A stretch of DNA of 64,000 nucleotides from positions 11,408,001-11,472,000 of the forward strand of contig OX597829.1 of assembly GCA_951406725.2 (NCBI GenBank), written 5' to 3'. How positions within the stretch are numbered: the first letter of the stretch is position 1; the number at the start of each line of letters is the position of its first letter. The stretch comes from Octopus vulgaris (taxonomy: Eukaryota). This document shows positions 25,093 to 38,624 of the stretch, piece after piece. Position numbers and translations under genes: made by a program. The notes beneath the pieces were generated by a model that was not told the origin of the DNA, ran no database searches, and saw only the letters and a list, made by a program, of their open reading frames with translations.

Positions 25093-25414
25093 TGCAGTTC
25101 CGACGGCCGGGGATGTTTGTCTCCCCTTCGTATATGTATATAAGGACACAGGGAAAAAATGTGTCGAAGCTGTCAGGAGGCGTTCGATGCCTCCTAGGGC
25201 TATACAACGGTGGTGTACCCCCTACTGTCACGTTCTTGTTAGATTGACAGTATACAACCATTCTATCGCCCCACCACCGTACATATCTCTACGAGAGATT
25301 TAGAAATTCAATATTTCTTATTAATATTTAGCAGAAGTAAAATATTATATAAATAGTTGAAGAAATTCAACAGAACCCGTCCACACACATACTTACATAT
25401 ATATATAAGTATAT

Positions 25415-25505
<91 letters not shown>

Positions 25506-25508
<3 letters not shown>

Positions 25509-28500
25509 TTGTATAAAAAAATCGTATACAACAGCAAAAACAACAACAATTATAGGGAGAACCGACACACAAACACACACACAGATAACCATAGTCACAA
25601 AGACACGAATAAAAGTTGTGTCATGGGGGTCACAATGGAAAATAAAGTTGAATGCAACAGGATCCTTGGACAGGGAGTCAGTAGACTTGAAACAGATAAT
25701 AAAAACAATACTCGTAGGAACAAAAATAACAACCACAACAGAGGGAATGACAGGGACCAACAGACAGACATAAAACCGAACACTAATATGAACAACACAT
25801 ACACCAGAAACAAGAACAATGAAAATATCACTAGCGATTATCAGAATGATAGTAATAATGGCAATGGTAGGAATAATGGTAATAACAATAATAGTGGTAG
25901 TAGTAGTGGTGGTGGTAACAGTAGAAGTAGTAATGATGGTAGTTGTGGTGGTAATAGTAATAATAGTAGTAGTGGTAATGGTGGTAATAATAATAGAGAG
26001 GCTGATGATGGAAACAGTAACGATAATGAAGATAACCCTAGAATGACCATTGACATGTATACCCACCCCTTTGACACTCAATTCTTCAACGTATGTGACA
26101 AAACTTACTGCATGAGCCGGATTTATCCAACAACATTACCCTTCAACAAAAGAGTATACATCCCAAGACGTACTAATGACCACATGGAAGCACAGTTCAC
26201 TATAGCTAGGACCAAACTTAGACAGATTTTAGGATTATTCACTAAGAGACAGAGACAGAATAAGACAGAGGCCCAACAACTCGGGATTAAACCTGCATGT
26301 GGTCTACATAAGCTCATTCAGCGCACGAGGAACGGAGAGGTGGTATGCCTTCCCACAGATAAGTCCGGCAGGATATCAATAGACAGCTTACCGAACTACA
26401 TCCAGGACAATGCAACCTCATATCGCCAATACAAAAATAACAACTGTTCAGGCACATGAGGAGAGAGAAAAGGTCCTCAACGCCCACATGATGATGTGGA
26501 CAATTGTTCTGGAACCCCAGAAACGTACAGCAAATAATTTCCAAGCCTGGAACAATGATATCCCGGCACTGTATGAACTTCGCAAGGACCATAAAGGAAT
26601 TACTTACCCTATAGCAGGACCACCAACAAGACCAGTCTGTGGAGCGAATATCGCTAGCAATTACAGAATCTCCTACTTCCTCTCAATGATCATACGCCCT
26701 ATAATCCGGATGTCACCTGATGTTTGTGACAGCACAGAAGATCTCCTCAGCAGGATCGATGACTGTAACAACACTTGTGACCTGACAGGATGTATGGTGG
26801 GTAGCATGGATGTGGTATCCCTATACCCATCGATCGACGTAGATTTTGCGGTGGAGAAGTGCGTGGAGATGATCAATGAGAGCCAGGTGGAGTTCTGTAA
26901 TGTCAACACAGAAGAACTGGGCCTCCTACTTAGACTGACATGTAATAATGAATACTTAGATAAGCATAATCTCAGTAGTTTCTGCCCCAGTAGATGTTTA
27001 AGAGGTAGACCGCCCACAATTACTTCCATGGCTAGGAAGACACATATAGAAAGATGGCGCGGATGGACCAGAGCCATACGGAGCCCCGCAAATGTCCATC
27101 AGATAAAGAAAATGATCGCACATGCACTAGGAACTAGTATAAGAGTTACCCTAAAAGGCCACACGTTTAAGTTTAATAATAAAATATATGCCCAGGACGA
27201 GGGGGCAGCCATCGGCGTTAGTATCGCTGGTGATGTGGCCAACCTTTTCATGGTATGGTGGGACAGAAGGCTTAAAGAACGCCTAACACAGAACACCATA
27301 CTCGTAAACATGTACTCTCGCTATGTTGATGATATCAACATAGTGGTAAAGGCACCCCCACAAGAGAGTAATGTTGATATAGTAATAGAAACTAATACTA
27401 TGGAGAGCATCCAGCAAATAGCTAACTCCATCCACCAGAGTATTAAGGTCACAATAGACTACCCCACTAAGCACCCCAACCATAGACTACCAGTACTAGA
27501 CACTGAACTCTGGCTAGAAATTGTGAAAAATAAAACCCAAATCCTTCATTCATACTATGCCAAACCTATGGCCTCAAAATACTTGATCCACCGGAACTCA
27601 GCCATTGCGGACAATGCCAAATTCAATATTTTGATGGCAGACCTCGTCAGAATAATGAGAAACGTGTCACATATGCGAGCCAACAGAGTTAAAGAGACAC
27701 ATACAATATTTCATTCACCACATGCAGTTCTCAGGTTACAGCCATAAAGAAAGGATCAGAGTATACAAAGGAGCCATGAAGAAATTTGATAATATATTAT
27801 GTAATGATAGGAATGGGATTTGCCCACTCTATAGGAACAAGTGATGGAACACTATAGAAAGGACAAAAAAGAAAATAGGGAAGGCCAACTCTTGGTATGA
27901 TAGCCATAAATACCAGAGTGTCATGTTCGTTGACACCACCCCTGGAGGTGAACTGGCGTACCGCTTTAGAAGGACCCTAGACAAACTTAAGCTAAGAATT
28001 AAGGTTGTTGAAAAGCCAGGTAACCCTATCAAATCTATAATTGGTAGAACCTATCCTTTTAGTAGAACCCTCTGTACGGATAAGTACTGTACTGTATGTA
28101 GATTTAGCCCACAAACAAACTGTAAAGCCAGAAATAAAGTCTATAGTATAAGATGTATAGAGGGACGATGCATTAACAAGACAACGACATACGTAGGGGA
28201 AACAACAAGAAGCATAGGAGAGCGGGTAAACAAACATTGGAGACAACTCAGGGAAGGTAAAAGGTCATCGATTTTGTACCAACACGCCGAACAGGAACAC
28301 GGGGGATCAATCAATAACATAGAAATTAAAATATTGTCCACACATAGAACAGATGCAACAATTAGACAAATTACAGAAGCTACACACATAATAGAAAATA
28401 AACCTAGCCTGAATAGAAAACTAGAATGGAGCACTAACACACACCACAACATATGACGATAGAGGATCCTGAAAACATAATAAATACACAGATAAATAAA

Positions 28501-28524
28501 CTAATAGAAATAAATAACTAATTA

Positions 28525-28555
<31 letters not shown>

Positions 28556-29049
28556 CGATTCGATTTATTATTATTATTACTAGTATTGTTGTTATACATA
28601 CATACATACATACATACAAGCATATGTAATGATAATAATAAGTGGATGTAAACACATGAACAAAATAAGAATAAAGAATAAACAAAAACAACAAAAACAA
28701 AATACAAATTACATGAACATATATAAACAGAAGATACAAATATTACAGGCATCCCCACATACACACACTAAATAAACATAGACGCCCATAGAGATATAAG
28801 CATGTGCAAATGAAGACATACAATAGAAATACAAAATGGCTGACGGTTAGTAAGGAGAGACACAAATAAGAAAGAAGAAAACAAAGGACCACTGATGCGG
28901 TCACAGGAGTGTGACGAAAGAACTCTGGCCGAAATAAGATTAAGATTAATGTAAAAAATAAATAACACTGAAGCAAAATAACACCAAATATATAGTGCGT
29001 GTGTTTTTATTGGCTAAACTGGCAAAATGACCATTCTGAAATATAACAA

Positions 29050-29050
<1 letters not shown>
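25506..29050 (+). mobile_element. Penelope-like element, Naiad-like; RT plus GIY-YIG with two frameshifts (about 26408 and 27670) and an in-frame TGA (27842)
   Basis: PTDKSG, LRKDHK, TRPVCGA, SMDVVSLYPS, GAAIG, RYVDD, DYP....RLPVLD, YYAKPMAS, SGY, CTDKYCTVC..NC...VYSIRC...YVGET.R...H, QITEA...LNRKLEW. Ends in (TA)n. Confidence 0.88.
28887..28930 (+). ncRNA. Hammerhead-like motif in the Naiad pLTR (A9C, probably degenerate)
   Basis: GACCA-CTGATGC-G-GTCACA(GGAG)TGTGAC-GAAA-GAAC-TC-TGGCC. The related copy at 53874 has canonical CTGAAGA. Confidence 0.6.
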
Positions 29051-29099
<49 letters not shown>

Positions 29100-29704
29100 A
29101 CGGGCTTCTTTCAGTTTCTGTCTACCAAATCCACTCACAAGGCTTTGGTCGGCCCGAGGCCATAGTAAAAGACATTTGCCCAAGGTGCCACGCGGTGGGA
29201 TTCAACCCGGAACCATGTGGTTGGTGGGCAAGCTACTTACAACATACCCACTATATACATTATATATATATACACATGAGTACAAAAAGCGTACGTATAT
29301 ACCTATATATACATACACTATATATATATGTGTGTATATACTTATATATGTATGTGTATGTGCGTGGATAGGGGTTCTGTTGAATTTTTTCAACTATTTA
29401 TATAATTGTGTATACATCAATTGCTGGTACTTCGTTTTGCAGCCTCAATATACTGTCAAGTATATTAAAGGTTTAGAAATCAAAAAGAAGACACCTCGGG
29501 AGAGATAATTTTTAAGAAATGTCGTATTATATCACAACATATTATTTGTAAATTTAATTAAAATTAATTATACTTGGAACAAACATTTGATGTAAAAAGT
29601 CCTACAGCATGTAAAAAATAAATAACGCTGAAGCAAAGTAGCACCAAATATATAGTGCGTGTGTTTTTATTGGCTAAACTGACAAAATGACCATTCCGAA
29701 ATAT

Positions 29705-29773
<69 letters not shown>

Positions 29774-30204
29774 TACATACACTTATATACATATCTACAC
29801 ACATACATATGGGATTGACTGTGAGGTAAAACGTTTACTTCCCAGTTACTTTGTTCTTGTTTCTGTCCCACTGCGTGGAACTTTCTGCAAGTGTCTTTTT
29901 ACTATAGCCTACTGCCGACCAAAGCCTTGTGAATGAATTTGATCAACAGAAATTGAAAAAAACCCACCGTATTTATATATACATATATATACACTTTTAC
30001 TCTTTTACTTGTTTTAGTCATTTGACTGCGGCCATGCTGGAGCACCACCTCTAGTCGAGCAAATCGACCCCACTTATTCTTTGTGTGGCTAGTACTTATT
30101 CTATCTGTCTCCTTTGCCGAACCGCTACGGACACGCAAACACCAAGCATCGGTTGTCAAGCGATGTTGGGGGTGGACAAACACAGGCAAATAAACATATA
30201 CACT

Positions 30205-30236
<32 letters not shown>

Positions 30237-31246
30237 CGACGGGCTTCTTTCAGTTTCCCTCTACCAAATCCACTCACAAGGCTTTGGTCGGCCCGAGACT
30301 ATAGGAGAAGACACCTGGCCAAGGTACCACGCTGTGGGACTGAACCCGGAACCATGTAGTTGGTAAGCAAACTACTTACCACATACACACTCCTGCGCCA
30401 TTTATTTATATATATATATATATATATACACATATGTATATAGCGGGATAACATGGGCGACCTGTCTATATCAATTGTTGTTACACATCATCTTCAAATG
30501 ACGCTATCCCCATCGAAAGGGGAACTGAAGTGTTTTGCTCAAAAACACAACCTGCCACCAGGACTGGGAATCGAAACCACGATGTAGGGATCGTGAGTAC
30601 AACAACCCTAAGCACTCTGTCACATGCCTACATGTATGTGCTTACGCGCGCGCGCGAGTGTGAGTGTGCGTGTGTGTGTGTGTGTGTGTGTGAGCGTGTG
30701 TGTGAGCGTGTGTGTGTGAGAGCGTGTGTGTGTAAGTGTTTGTCAACCTGTACCGGTTGACGACGGGTATTGGTGTGTTTGTATTCCCATATCATGGTAT
30801 TTCTGCAAAATTAATCGATAGAATAGGTACCAGTCTTTAAGAAGTTTATTACAAGGGTCGATTTACTCGACTAAAATTCTTCAAGGCGGTACTCCAGCAT
30901 GGCCGCAGACTAATGACTGAAACAAGTAAAAGATAAAAGATACACATATATATATATGTGTGTGTGTGCGTTTGAATTAGTTTGGTAGGGCATGTTCGGG
31001 AAATAAAACTCAATTCATAATTTAGCGTGTAGATATTTCAGAATTAGCTCGACAGCTAATGAATAAATGAATAAATAAATACACACACACACACACACAC
31101 ACGTACGGTAATACGCTTTACGCGCTTTCGCGCATGAAATATACATCTACATATCTACATATTTGTGAATGGAACGAGTGCAAGCGTAGAAGTTGTTTGT
31201 GCGTGTGTGTGTGGGTGTGTGGGTGTGTGTGGGTGTGTGTGTGTGT

Positions 31247-31287
<41 letters not shown>

Positions 31288-31288
31288 C

Positions 31289-31350
<62 letters not shown>

Positions 31351-31853
31351 GATTTTATTGTTACAGACACACAGACAAAGGGTAAGCTATATTTCAACTT
31401 ACATTGAAATGCAGCCAGAGAAGAAACAAAAATAACAAATGGCAGCAGAGGACGAAGGGAGATAAATCAGACTGCCATAATTTTTACTTTCCAATATGTT
31501 GTCACAAGCTTTTATTTTTCATTCCATTTTCTTTTTATCTTCTAGTCGTTTCAGTCATTTCATTGTGGCCATGCTGGGGCTCCATCTTAAAGGGTTTTAG
31601 TCGAACAAATCGAGTTCCAACACATTTCTATCCATTTTTTTCTTCTTAAGCCTGGCACTTATTCTATCGGTCTCTTATGCTGAACCGTTTATTAACAAGA
31701 TCGTAAACACATCAACAACGGTTGTAAGCATTTGTGCGGGACAAACACAGACACAACCACACACACACACATACACACACACGCATACACACACACACAC
31801 ACTCACACTCAGAGTCACACATACACACACACACAAACACACACACACAGTCA

Positions 31854-31949
<96 letters not shown>

Positions 31950-34675
31950 GTAAAAAATAAATACAAACTGGGACAAGAACGTGAAACACCAAGGAGACGA
32001 CACAAGAACCACATATATACGACAGGCTTCTTTCAGTTTCCGTATACCAAATCCACTCACAAGGTTTTCGTCGGCTCGAGGCTATAGTTGCACACTTGCC
32101 CAAGGTGCCACGCTGTGGGTCTGAACCCGCAATCTTCTTACCACATAGCCACGTCTGCTTTTAAATAAAAATATGAATTTATCGATGAATAAAGAAACCA
32201 AGATTGTTATTTTCACGTTGAATATTTGACTAAACATGAAATTTGTCACATTTTACATTTGTCATTCAAAGAATGCATCACACAAAACAAGAAAACTTGT
32301 AAACACAATTACATTTAGTGCTATTCTTTTTTATAGTTTATTTTTCACTTGTTTCATTCATTGGACTGCAGCCATGGGGGAGCAGCGCCTTGATGGGTTA
32401 TGTCAAACAAATCAACTCCACTAATAATTGCTTTTAAAGTATGGCGATTAGTCTGTCGGTTCCTTTTGCCAATAGTTACACCTACTACTTGGGTGTTCTG
32501 ATGGCTGGCACGTCGTGTGGGGTTAGCAGTTGCGGTGGTCAACTGGTTGGTTCCAATGGCATCAGTGGTAACACTCGTCAATGAGTGCATTATGTGGCTA
32601 AGGTTTCGACATTCTTTGGATGTCATTTCCTTGGTTGTCAGTGTATGCACCAACTGCTATGAGTGACGGATTGGTGACGGAAACATTCTACGCCCAACTG
32701 GGCTCTGTCATGGCGAATATACGTTCTTGAAGGACGCGTTCTTGTTCAAGGGAAATTTTAACATGTCTACTGATGTTGACAAAACGGGATGAGAGCGAGT
32801 TGTCGGCTCTTTTGAGTCCAGTACTGGCAATGAAAGCTACAACATCGCATTACTGGCTCCTGTTACCAACGTTTTGAGCTGCATCACTGGACTTGGTATT
32901 CCTATATTAGTCGTGTGGCAAAGGAGATCGACCAAATGTTTGTAAATAACCGTTGGAGGTTCCTACAGAACTGCAAGGTTTCTCAGAATGTTAGCTTCAT
33001 GGGCTCTGACCATAAATGGGTTTGCTATGGCTGGGTAGAGATTTCAACTGAAATCTAAGAGGCAGAAGGCATCCCAGACTGGATGCTGACAGACTCAAAG
33101 ACAACAATATAAACAAGACTTGGATCTGTGTTACTTGGAGCTAGTCCCTCGCCTGGTTAGCACGCCGGGCGAAATGCTTAGTGGTATTTCGTCTGCCGTT
33201 AGGTTCTGAGTTCAAATTCCGCCGAGGTCGACTTTGCCTTTCATCCTTTCGTGGCCGATAAATTAAGTACCAGTTACGCACTGGGGTCGATGTAATCGAC
33301 TTAATCCATTTGTCTGTCCTTGTTTGTCCCCTCTATGTTTAGCCCCTTGTGGGTAGTAAAGAAATAGGTATTTTAAGTAAAGAAATAGGTATTTCGTCTG
33401 CCGTTACGTTCTGAATTCAAATTCCGCCGAGGTCGACTTTGCCTTTCATTCTTTCGGGATCGATAAATTAAGTACCAGTCGCGCAGTGGGGTCGATGTAA
33501 TCGACTTAATCCGTTTGTCTGTCCTTGTTTGTCCCTTCTGTGTTTAGCCCCTTGTGGGTAGTAAAGAAATAAGAAATGTGGGAAAGTTACAGAGACACTT
33601 TGCAGTGGACTGCTAGTGGGAGTTTTAAAAAGAGAAAAGAAAGAGAATAAATACCCTTTCCGAGTTATACTGACTCATAAGACCGGTTTCCCGGTTTCCG
33701 TGTTATATATATTCCTGAAGTGGACGGTAGGCCGGCCCGTCGCAGGATTATTCATTTTTGCCGGTTGAGAGGACTGGAGCAAAAGGAAATGAAGTGTTTT
33801 GCTCAAGAACACAACGCGTTGCTTGGTCCAGAAATATTGGTTTCCAAAAATAGGCCAGGAAACGTTTTCTTTCCAGTATGACACTTGAATTGGTGAAAAG
33901 CAGACGCATGGCGAAGCTGGGTGGGGCCCCTGGTGATTTGCTTCGAGAACTGAGATGTGACGGGGTAGTCTGAGTGCTGAGGGAAAGCAGATTCAAGGAA
34001 TCTACGAGAAGGTCGTGAGTCGACTTCATATTTCAGACTCGCGTGCTACCTGCAGAGAAATCGCTATACTTAGAAGAAGAGCAAAACCTCTTCTTAATAT
34101 TCTGAAGTCTTAGACTCTGATAAAGTGCTCCTGATGGGGAAGTCTTAGGTGGTGGTCTGCTGGGCATTGTACTTTGATGAATTATATAAGGTGGGCCCAC
34201 ATAGAATATCCTGATATCTTCAGCACTGGTGATCGACCTGCCAGTCAGCTGTAATCCACCATGCGTAGGTGAGCTGGTACGCTGGTAAATCAGCTGAAAG
34301 GAGAGAGGGCAGCTGATATTTGTGGCATCAAGAAAGGTGGGCCTGCTGCAGTCTTGTTCTTGTAGCCTGGCTGGAAGAGGAACATAATTATCCCACTCTG
34401 GAAAGTTAAAAGTGACTGCAACATCTATAGAGCTGTTACACTCCTCTTAAAGCCCGCTATTCTAAACAGATTACTAAATCATTTGCTTGCCTCTCTGTGG
34501 CCGAAGCAGTCAGAGTTCATGCTAAAGATGTCAATTACAGACAGAATACTGGCTCTCCAGGTACTCACTGGAGCAGAAGTTTTAGACAGGGACTGCTTGC
34601 AAATATTTCTACCATCGCAAAAAATAAATAAATAATAATAATAATAACAACAACAACAGCAACAACAACAACAAC

Positions 34676-34746
<71 letters not shown>

Positions 34747-34747
34747 G

Positions 34748-36900
34748 GCATTTACTGCAGTGATATCACAAAGGCTGAACAAGCACCTGGACGAAAACAA
34801 ACTGTTCCCAGAAGAGCAGAAAGGATGCCGCAAAGGCTCATATGGCTGTAAAGATCAACTAATGATTAATAAAGCCATAACTGAAGACAGCCACAGAAAG
34901 AAGAAAGGCCTCAGTATGGCCTGGATTGACTACAAAAAGGCGTTTGATAGCATCCCCCACACATGGATCCTCGAAACACTAGCCATTAACAAAGTAGCAC
35001 CAACAATCATAAAATTCATAGAGCACTCTATGAATAAATGGCAAACAGTCCTACACCTCCAAACAAAAGAGGGACTCATGAAAACCAAAGACATCCCCAT
35101 TAGAAGAGGAATATTCCAGGGAGACACGCTCTCTCCACTCCTTTTCTGCTTGGCACTGTCACCTCTATCTGATATGCTAAATAGAACTGGATGCGGATAT
35201 AAATGTTACGGCAAAACGATCAGCCACCTTTTATATATGGATGACCTAAAACTATACGCTGCAAATGACAAACAGCTGGAAACACTATTAAAGACAGTTC
35301 ATGGATTTACCAAAGAAATAGATATGAAATTTGGATTAGAAAAATGCGCCAAAGTAACCATGAAAAGAGGAAAACTAGTTAAGAGTAACAACATCACACT
35401 AGATAAAACCAATGAAATAAAAGAATTAGACCAAAGCCAAACTTACAAATACTTAGGAATCCATGAACTAGATAAGACACAACACACACAAATGAAAGAG
35501 AAAATAAAAAAAGAATATTATAGACGAGTTAGATCAATACTAAACACAGAGCTCAATGCTAAAAACAAGATAATAGGTATCAACACTTTAGCTGTCCCAG
35601 TTATAAGTTACAGCTACAATATCCTTAACTGGACACGAAATGAACTGACCAAAATAGATAGGAAAACAAGAAAAATAATGACAGGATCTAGGATGCATCA
35701 CCCAAAATCTGACATAGAAAGACTATATATACAACGTATGGAAGGTGGTAGAGGCCTTATACAACTGGAAAACTACTATAAAATAACCACCATAGGACTG
35801 CAAAAATATCTACTTCAGAAGGAAGGAAAACTGATCCAGATAGCGGCAAAACACGAGCAAAACAAAAAACTGTTCTCAGTATTTAAGGAAGCTGACAAAT
35901 ACAAACAAGAAATCATACCACCTAATAAACATGAAGAAGAAGAAGAAGAAGATGAAGAAACAACAAAAGCTATAAAACAAATGAAATCCAAACTAAAAAC
36001 AGAACAGCAACGAACCATGATAAAACGATGGCAAGAAAAGCCCCTTCATGGTAAATACTGCACTAAACTAAACGCAAAAGAAATAGACAAAGAAAAATCC
36101 CAGCAATGGTTGAGAAGCTCAGGACTCAAAGCAGAAACAGAGGGATTTTTAATTGCAGCACAAGACCAAAGCCTCCCCACCAGAAATTACCAAAAACATG
36201 TAATGAAAAGAAATATTACAAGTAACTGCAGAATATGTGGAGATGGACAAGAAACAATAAATCATATTATCTCTAGCTGCCCAGTCCTGGCTAAGAAGGA
36301 ATATATTCACAGACATGACAGAGTTGGAACCTACATACATTGGAAGCTATGCCAACATTATGGAATAACAACAGAAAAAAGATGGTATAGGCACACACCA
36401 GAAAAGGTCACAGAAAACGAGAAAGCAACCATACTCTGGGATATGCCGATACACACAGATAGAGAAATTAAGGCCAACAGACCAGATATAGTTGTCAGAG
36501 ATCATGAAGAAAAAAAATGCTTTTTAATTGATGTATCAATACCGGCAGATGACAACGTGTCTCTAAAAGAAATGGAGAAACTCTCAAAATACAAAGACCT
36601 GGAAATAGAGGTAACTAGAATGTGGAATCTGAAAACAGAAACAATTCCTATCATAGTAGGTGCATTAGGCATGATAAAAAAATATTCAGACAAATACATA
36701 ACAAAAACACCAGGACTTACAAACACATATAACATACAGAAAATTGCACTACTAGGCACTGCCCACATCCTACGCAGAACACTTTCCATACAATAACCAT
36801 CAGAGCATCACAACAAATCACAGCACATACCCAAGGCACACAGAGCTGCGCTCGGTAGTGAAGTGAAAGCACGCTATAAAAATAAAAATAAAACTACTGA
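34748..36900 (+). mobile_element. R4/Dong-clade non-LTR retrotransposon, 5'-truncated, in (TAA)n (family 1)
   Basis: Uninterrupted RT-ZnF-RLE ORF, flanked on both sides by (TAA)n. Confidence 0.92.
34760..36796 (+). CDS. R4/Dong RT, CCHC zinc finger and restriction-like endonuclease (partial at the 5' end)
   Basis: EQKGC, IDYKKAFDS, GIFQGD.LSP, YMDDLK, FGLEKC, YKYLG, CRIC....ETINHI...C, RHD, RPD.....IDV...EK..KY. Confidence 0.93.
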   Translation: MISQRLNKHLDENKLFPEEQKGCRKGSYGCKDQLMINKAITEDSHRKKKGLSMAWIDYKKAFDSIPHTWILETLAINKVAPTIIKFIEHSMNKWQTVLHLQTKEGLMKTKDIPIRRGIFQGDTLSPLLFCLALSPLSDMLNRTGCGYKCYGKTISHLLYMDDLKLYAANDKQLETLLKTVHGFTKEIDMKFGLEKCAKVTMKRGKLVKSNNITLDKTNEIKELDQSQTYKYLGIHELDKTQHTQMKEKIKKEYYRRVRSILNTELNAKNKIIGINTLAVPVISYSYNILNWTRNELTKIDRKTRKIMTGSRMHHPKSDIERLYIQRMEGGRGLIQLENYYKITTIGLQKYLLQKEGKLIQIAAKHEQNKKLFSVFKEADKYKQEIIPPNKHEEEEEEDEETTKAIKQMKSKLKTEQQRTMIKRWQEKPLHGKYCTKLNAKEIDKEKSQQWLRSSGLKAETEGFLIAAQDQSLPTRNYQKHVMKRNITSNCRICGDGQETINHIISSCPVLAKKEYIHRHDRVGTYIHWKLCQHYGITTEKRWYRHTPEKVTENEKATILWDMPIHTDREIKANRPDIVVRDHEEKKCFLIDVSIPADDNVSLKEMEKLSKYKDLEIEVTRMWNLKTETIPIIVGALGMIKKYSDKYITKTPGLTNTYNIQKIALLGTAHILRRTLSIQ

Positions 36901-37225
36901 ATAACAATAATAATAATAATAATAGTAATAAGTACGAATTGTAGTAGCATTGAAACTCCATACTACATTTCAAACAATTTTTCTTCTTTGTCAACCTCTA
37001 CAAGATGTTGGAATCGGTAGACAGGAATGTTCTCTTAAGGATTTAGATGTTAGGTATACATCTTTGACTAAATGGGCTGACAGTGGCCATGAAAATTGGA
37101 ACAGTGAACGCAGTTCGGATTAGGGGCTCAACATTTGACTTTTTCCCAGTTAGATCTGGGATCCGTCAGGGTTGTGTTTTGGCCGACATGGGTTCATGTC
37201 GGTCAATCTCCTGACATGAACCCAA

Positions 37226-38296
37226 TTTTCATTTGGGTTCATGTCAGGAGATTGGATCCCATTTTCAATCAGCCGTTGTTGATTCCTTTTCGTTATGTGA
37301 CATGGAGCCCCATCTTCCATGAATAAAACCTCATTTTTCGTTATGCTATCGTGTGTATACATCGGAAGTAGTCCTTGCTTAAGTATTTCGATGTATTTTT
37401 CAGAGTTTATGGTTCTAACATATTCGATCAAATCAGAACGACCATTGCTCCTCATACCATTACAGAGATACCGCCATGTTTCACAATTGGTTGGAGCCTC
37501 CAGACCCAAACACGTCCACTGTATGGAAATAATGCAAATCTGGATAATGAACTGGATTTTTCTGACATCTCCTTAGCCTATTTCTTTCTTTTCATGATAT
37601 TAATTGGTTGAAGGAGAGGTTTTCTTCTAGCTGCTCGTCCATAATACTCAAGTTTATGCAGATATGTAACACACGTTCTTGGACTAACTTCTAGCTGTCT
37701 TGCAATCTCAGAAGCCTTCGAACGGGGTTCGTTTTCCACAATTCTCTTCAAACGGCGAAGCTTCCTTTCCGAGAGCCCAAGTCAGCTGGAACGAGAATCT
37801 GTAGATTCTTTTCCTTGGCTTTGAATTGCACTATAATTCTATTAACAGTAGCAAGAGGAATTTGCAGATTTTCGGCAATTTTTCGCTGGCTAAGACCAGT
37901 CTCAGATTGCACAACAATACGACCTCTTTCAAAATCTGACAGTTCTGCTGAATTTTTTGTGCGTATCATGGTTACTCTTCGCAAATGTTTAATATAATGG
38001 CATCTGGAATGAAAATGAATAATTACATTGTAAATTCTACACCGCTGAAAACACATTAAGACGCTTAGATCAAAAATTTTGAAAATTAAAGATGTTTATT
38101 TACTTCTCGCATGGGGCTGGCCAGATTGGAGTAATCTCGAGTATAACCAGCCGAAATTGCAAAGATAATCTGGAACTCGACTGAGGAAAGAAAACTCTGA
38201 ATGACCCGACCTTGTTTTCTTTGTATCGTCTATTTTGATGTTTTATTGTCCCTTTTTTGTATCACCTAATGTTTTACGTTCTTGTCCCATTTTGTA

Positions 38297-38327
<31 letters not shown>

Positions 38328-38360
38328 GCGGCGTACGTACACTTTGGTCTCTTATATGTA
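37226..38360 (-). mobile_element. Tc1-type transposon relic (HTH plus DDE), 3'-truncated and internally deleted
   Basis: ELSDFERGRIV....GLSQRKIA..L.IP..TV.RII (HTH) and FMEDGAPCH...SPDMNPNENW. Candidate 5' TIR TA-CATATAAGAGACCAAAGTG at about 38340-38360. Confidence 0.8.
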
Positions 38361-38577
38361 TATATATATATATGTATGTATGTATATATGTATATGTATG
38401 TGTGTTTGTCTGTGTATGTATGTATAAATTTCGCTTACATATTGCGATGCTAATAACCTGGTGCTAGAAGTCAGTATACATGTGCTTTGGAGAAAATCGT
38501 TAGTCCAGCATAGAGCATAATAAGGAATTAAATAAATGAGGGAGCAAGAAATTATCTAACGAACTGTTACGCCATCG

Positions 38578-38624
<47 letters not shown>

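Larger units (their letters stand above)
21547..25265 (+). mobile_element. Gag-like ORF-only element in partial tandem (segments 21547-22492, about 22493-24146 and 24150-25265)
   Basis: 21547-22492 directly repeats 24261-25265, and 24150-24350 repeats 23469-23670. There is no RT. The 3' tail is TGTCCCCTCTG...AATAAAGA. Confidence 0.75.
32450..37190 (+). pseudogene. Old RTE-clade LINE relic (APE plus RT), interrupted by SINEs and a Dong element
   Basis: VYAPT (32641), ETFYAQL, HWTWYS..KEID..F..NRWR, GSDH (33001), IPLWK..SDC..YRAVTLL (about 34390), and after the Dong insertion FPVRSGIRQGCVLA (about 37143). Confidence 0.7.
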
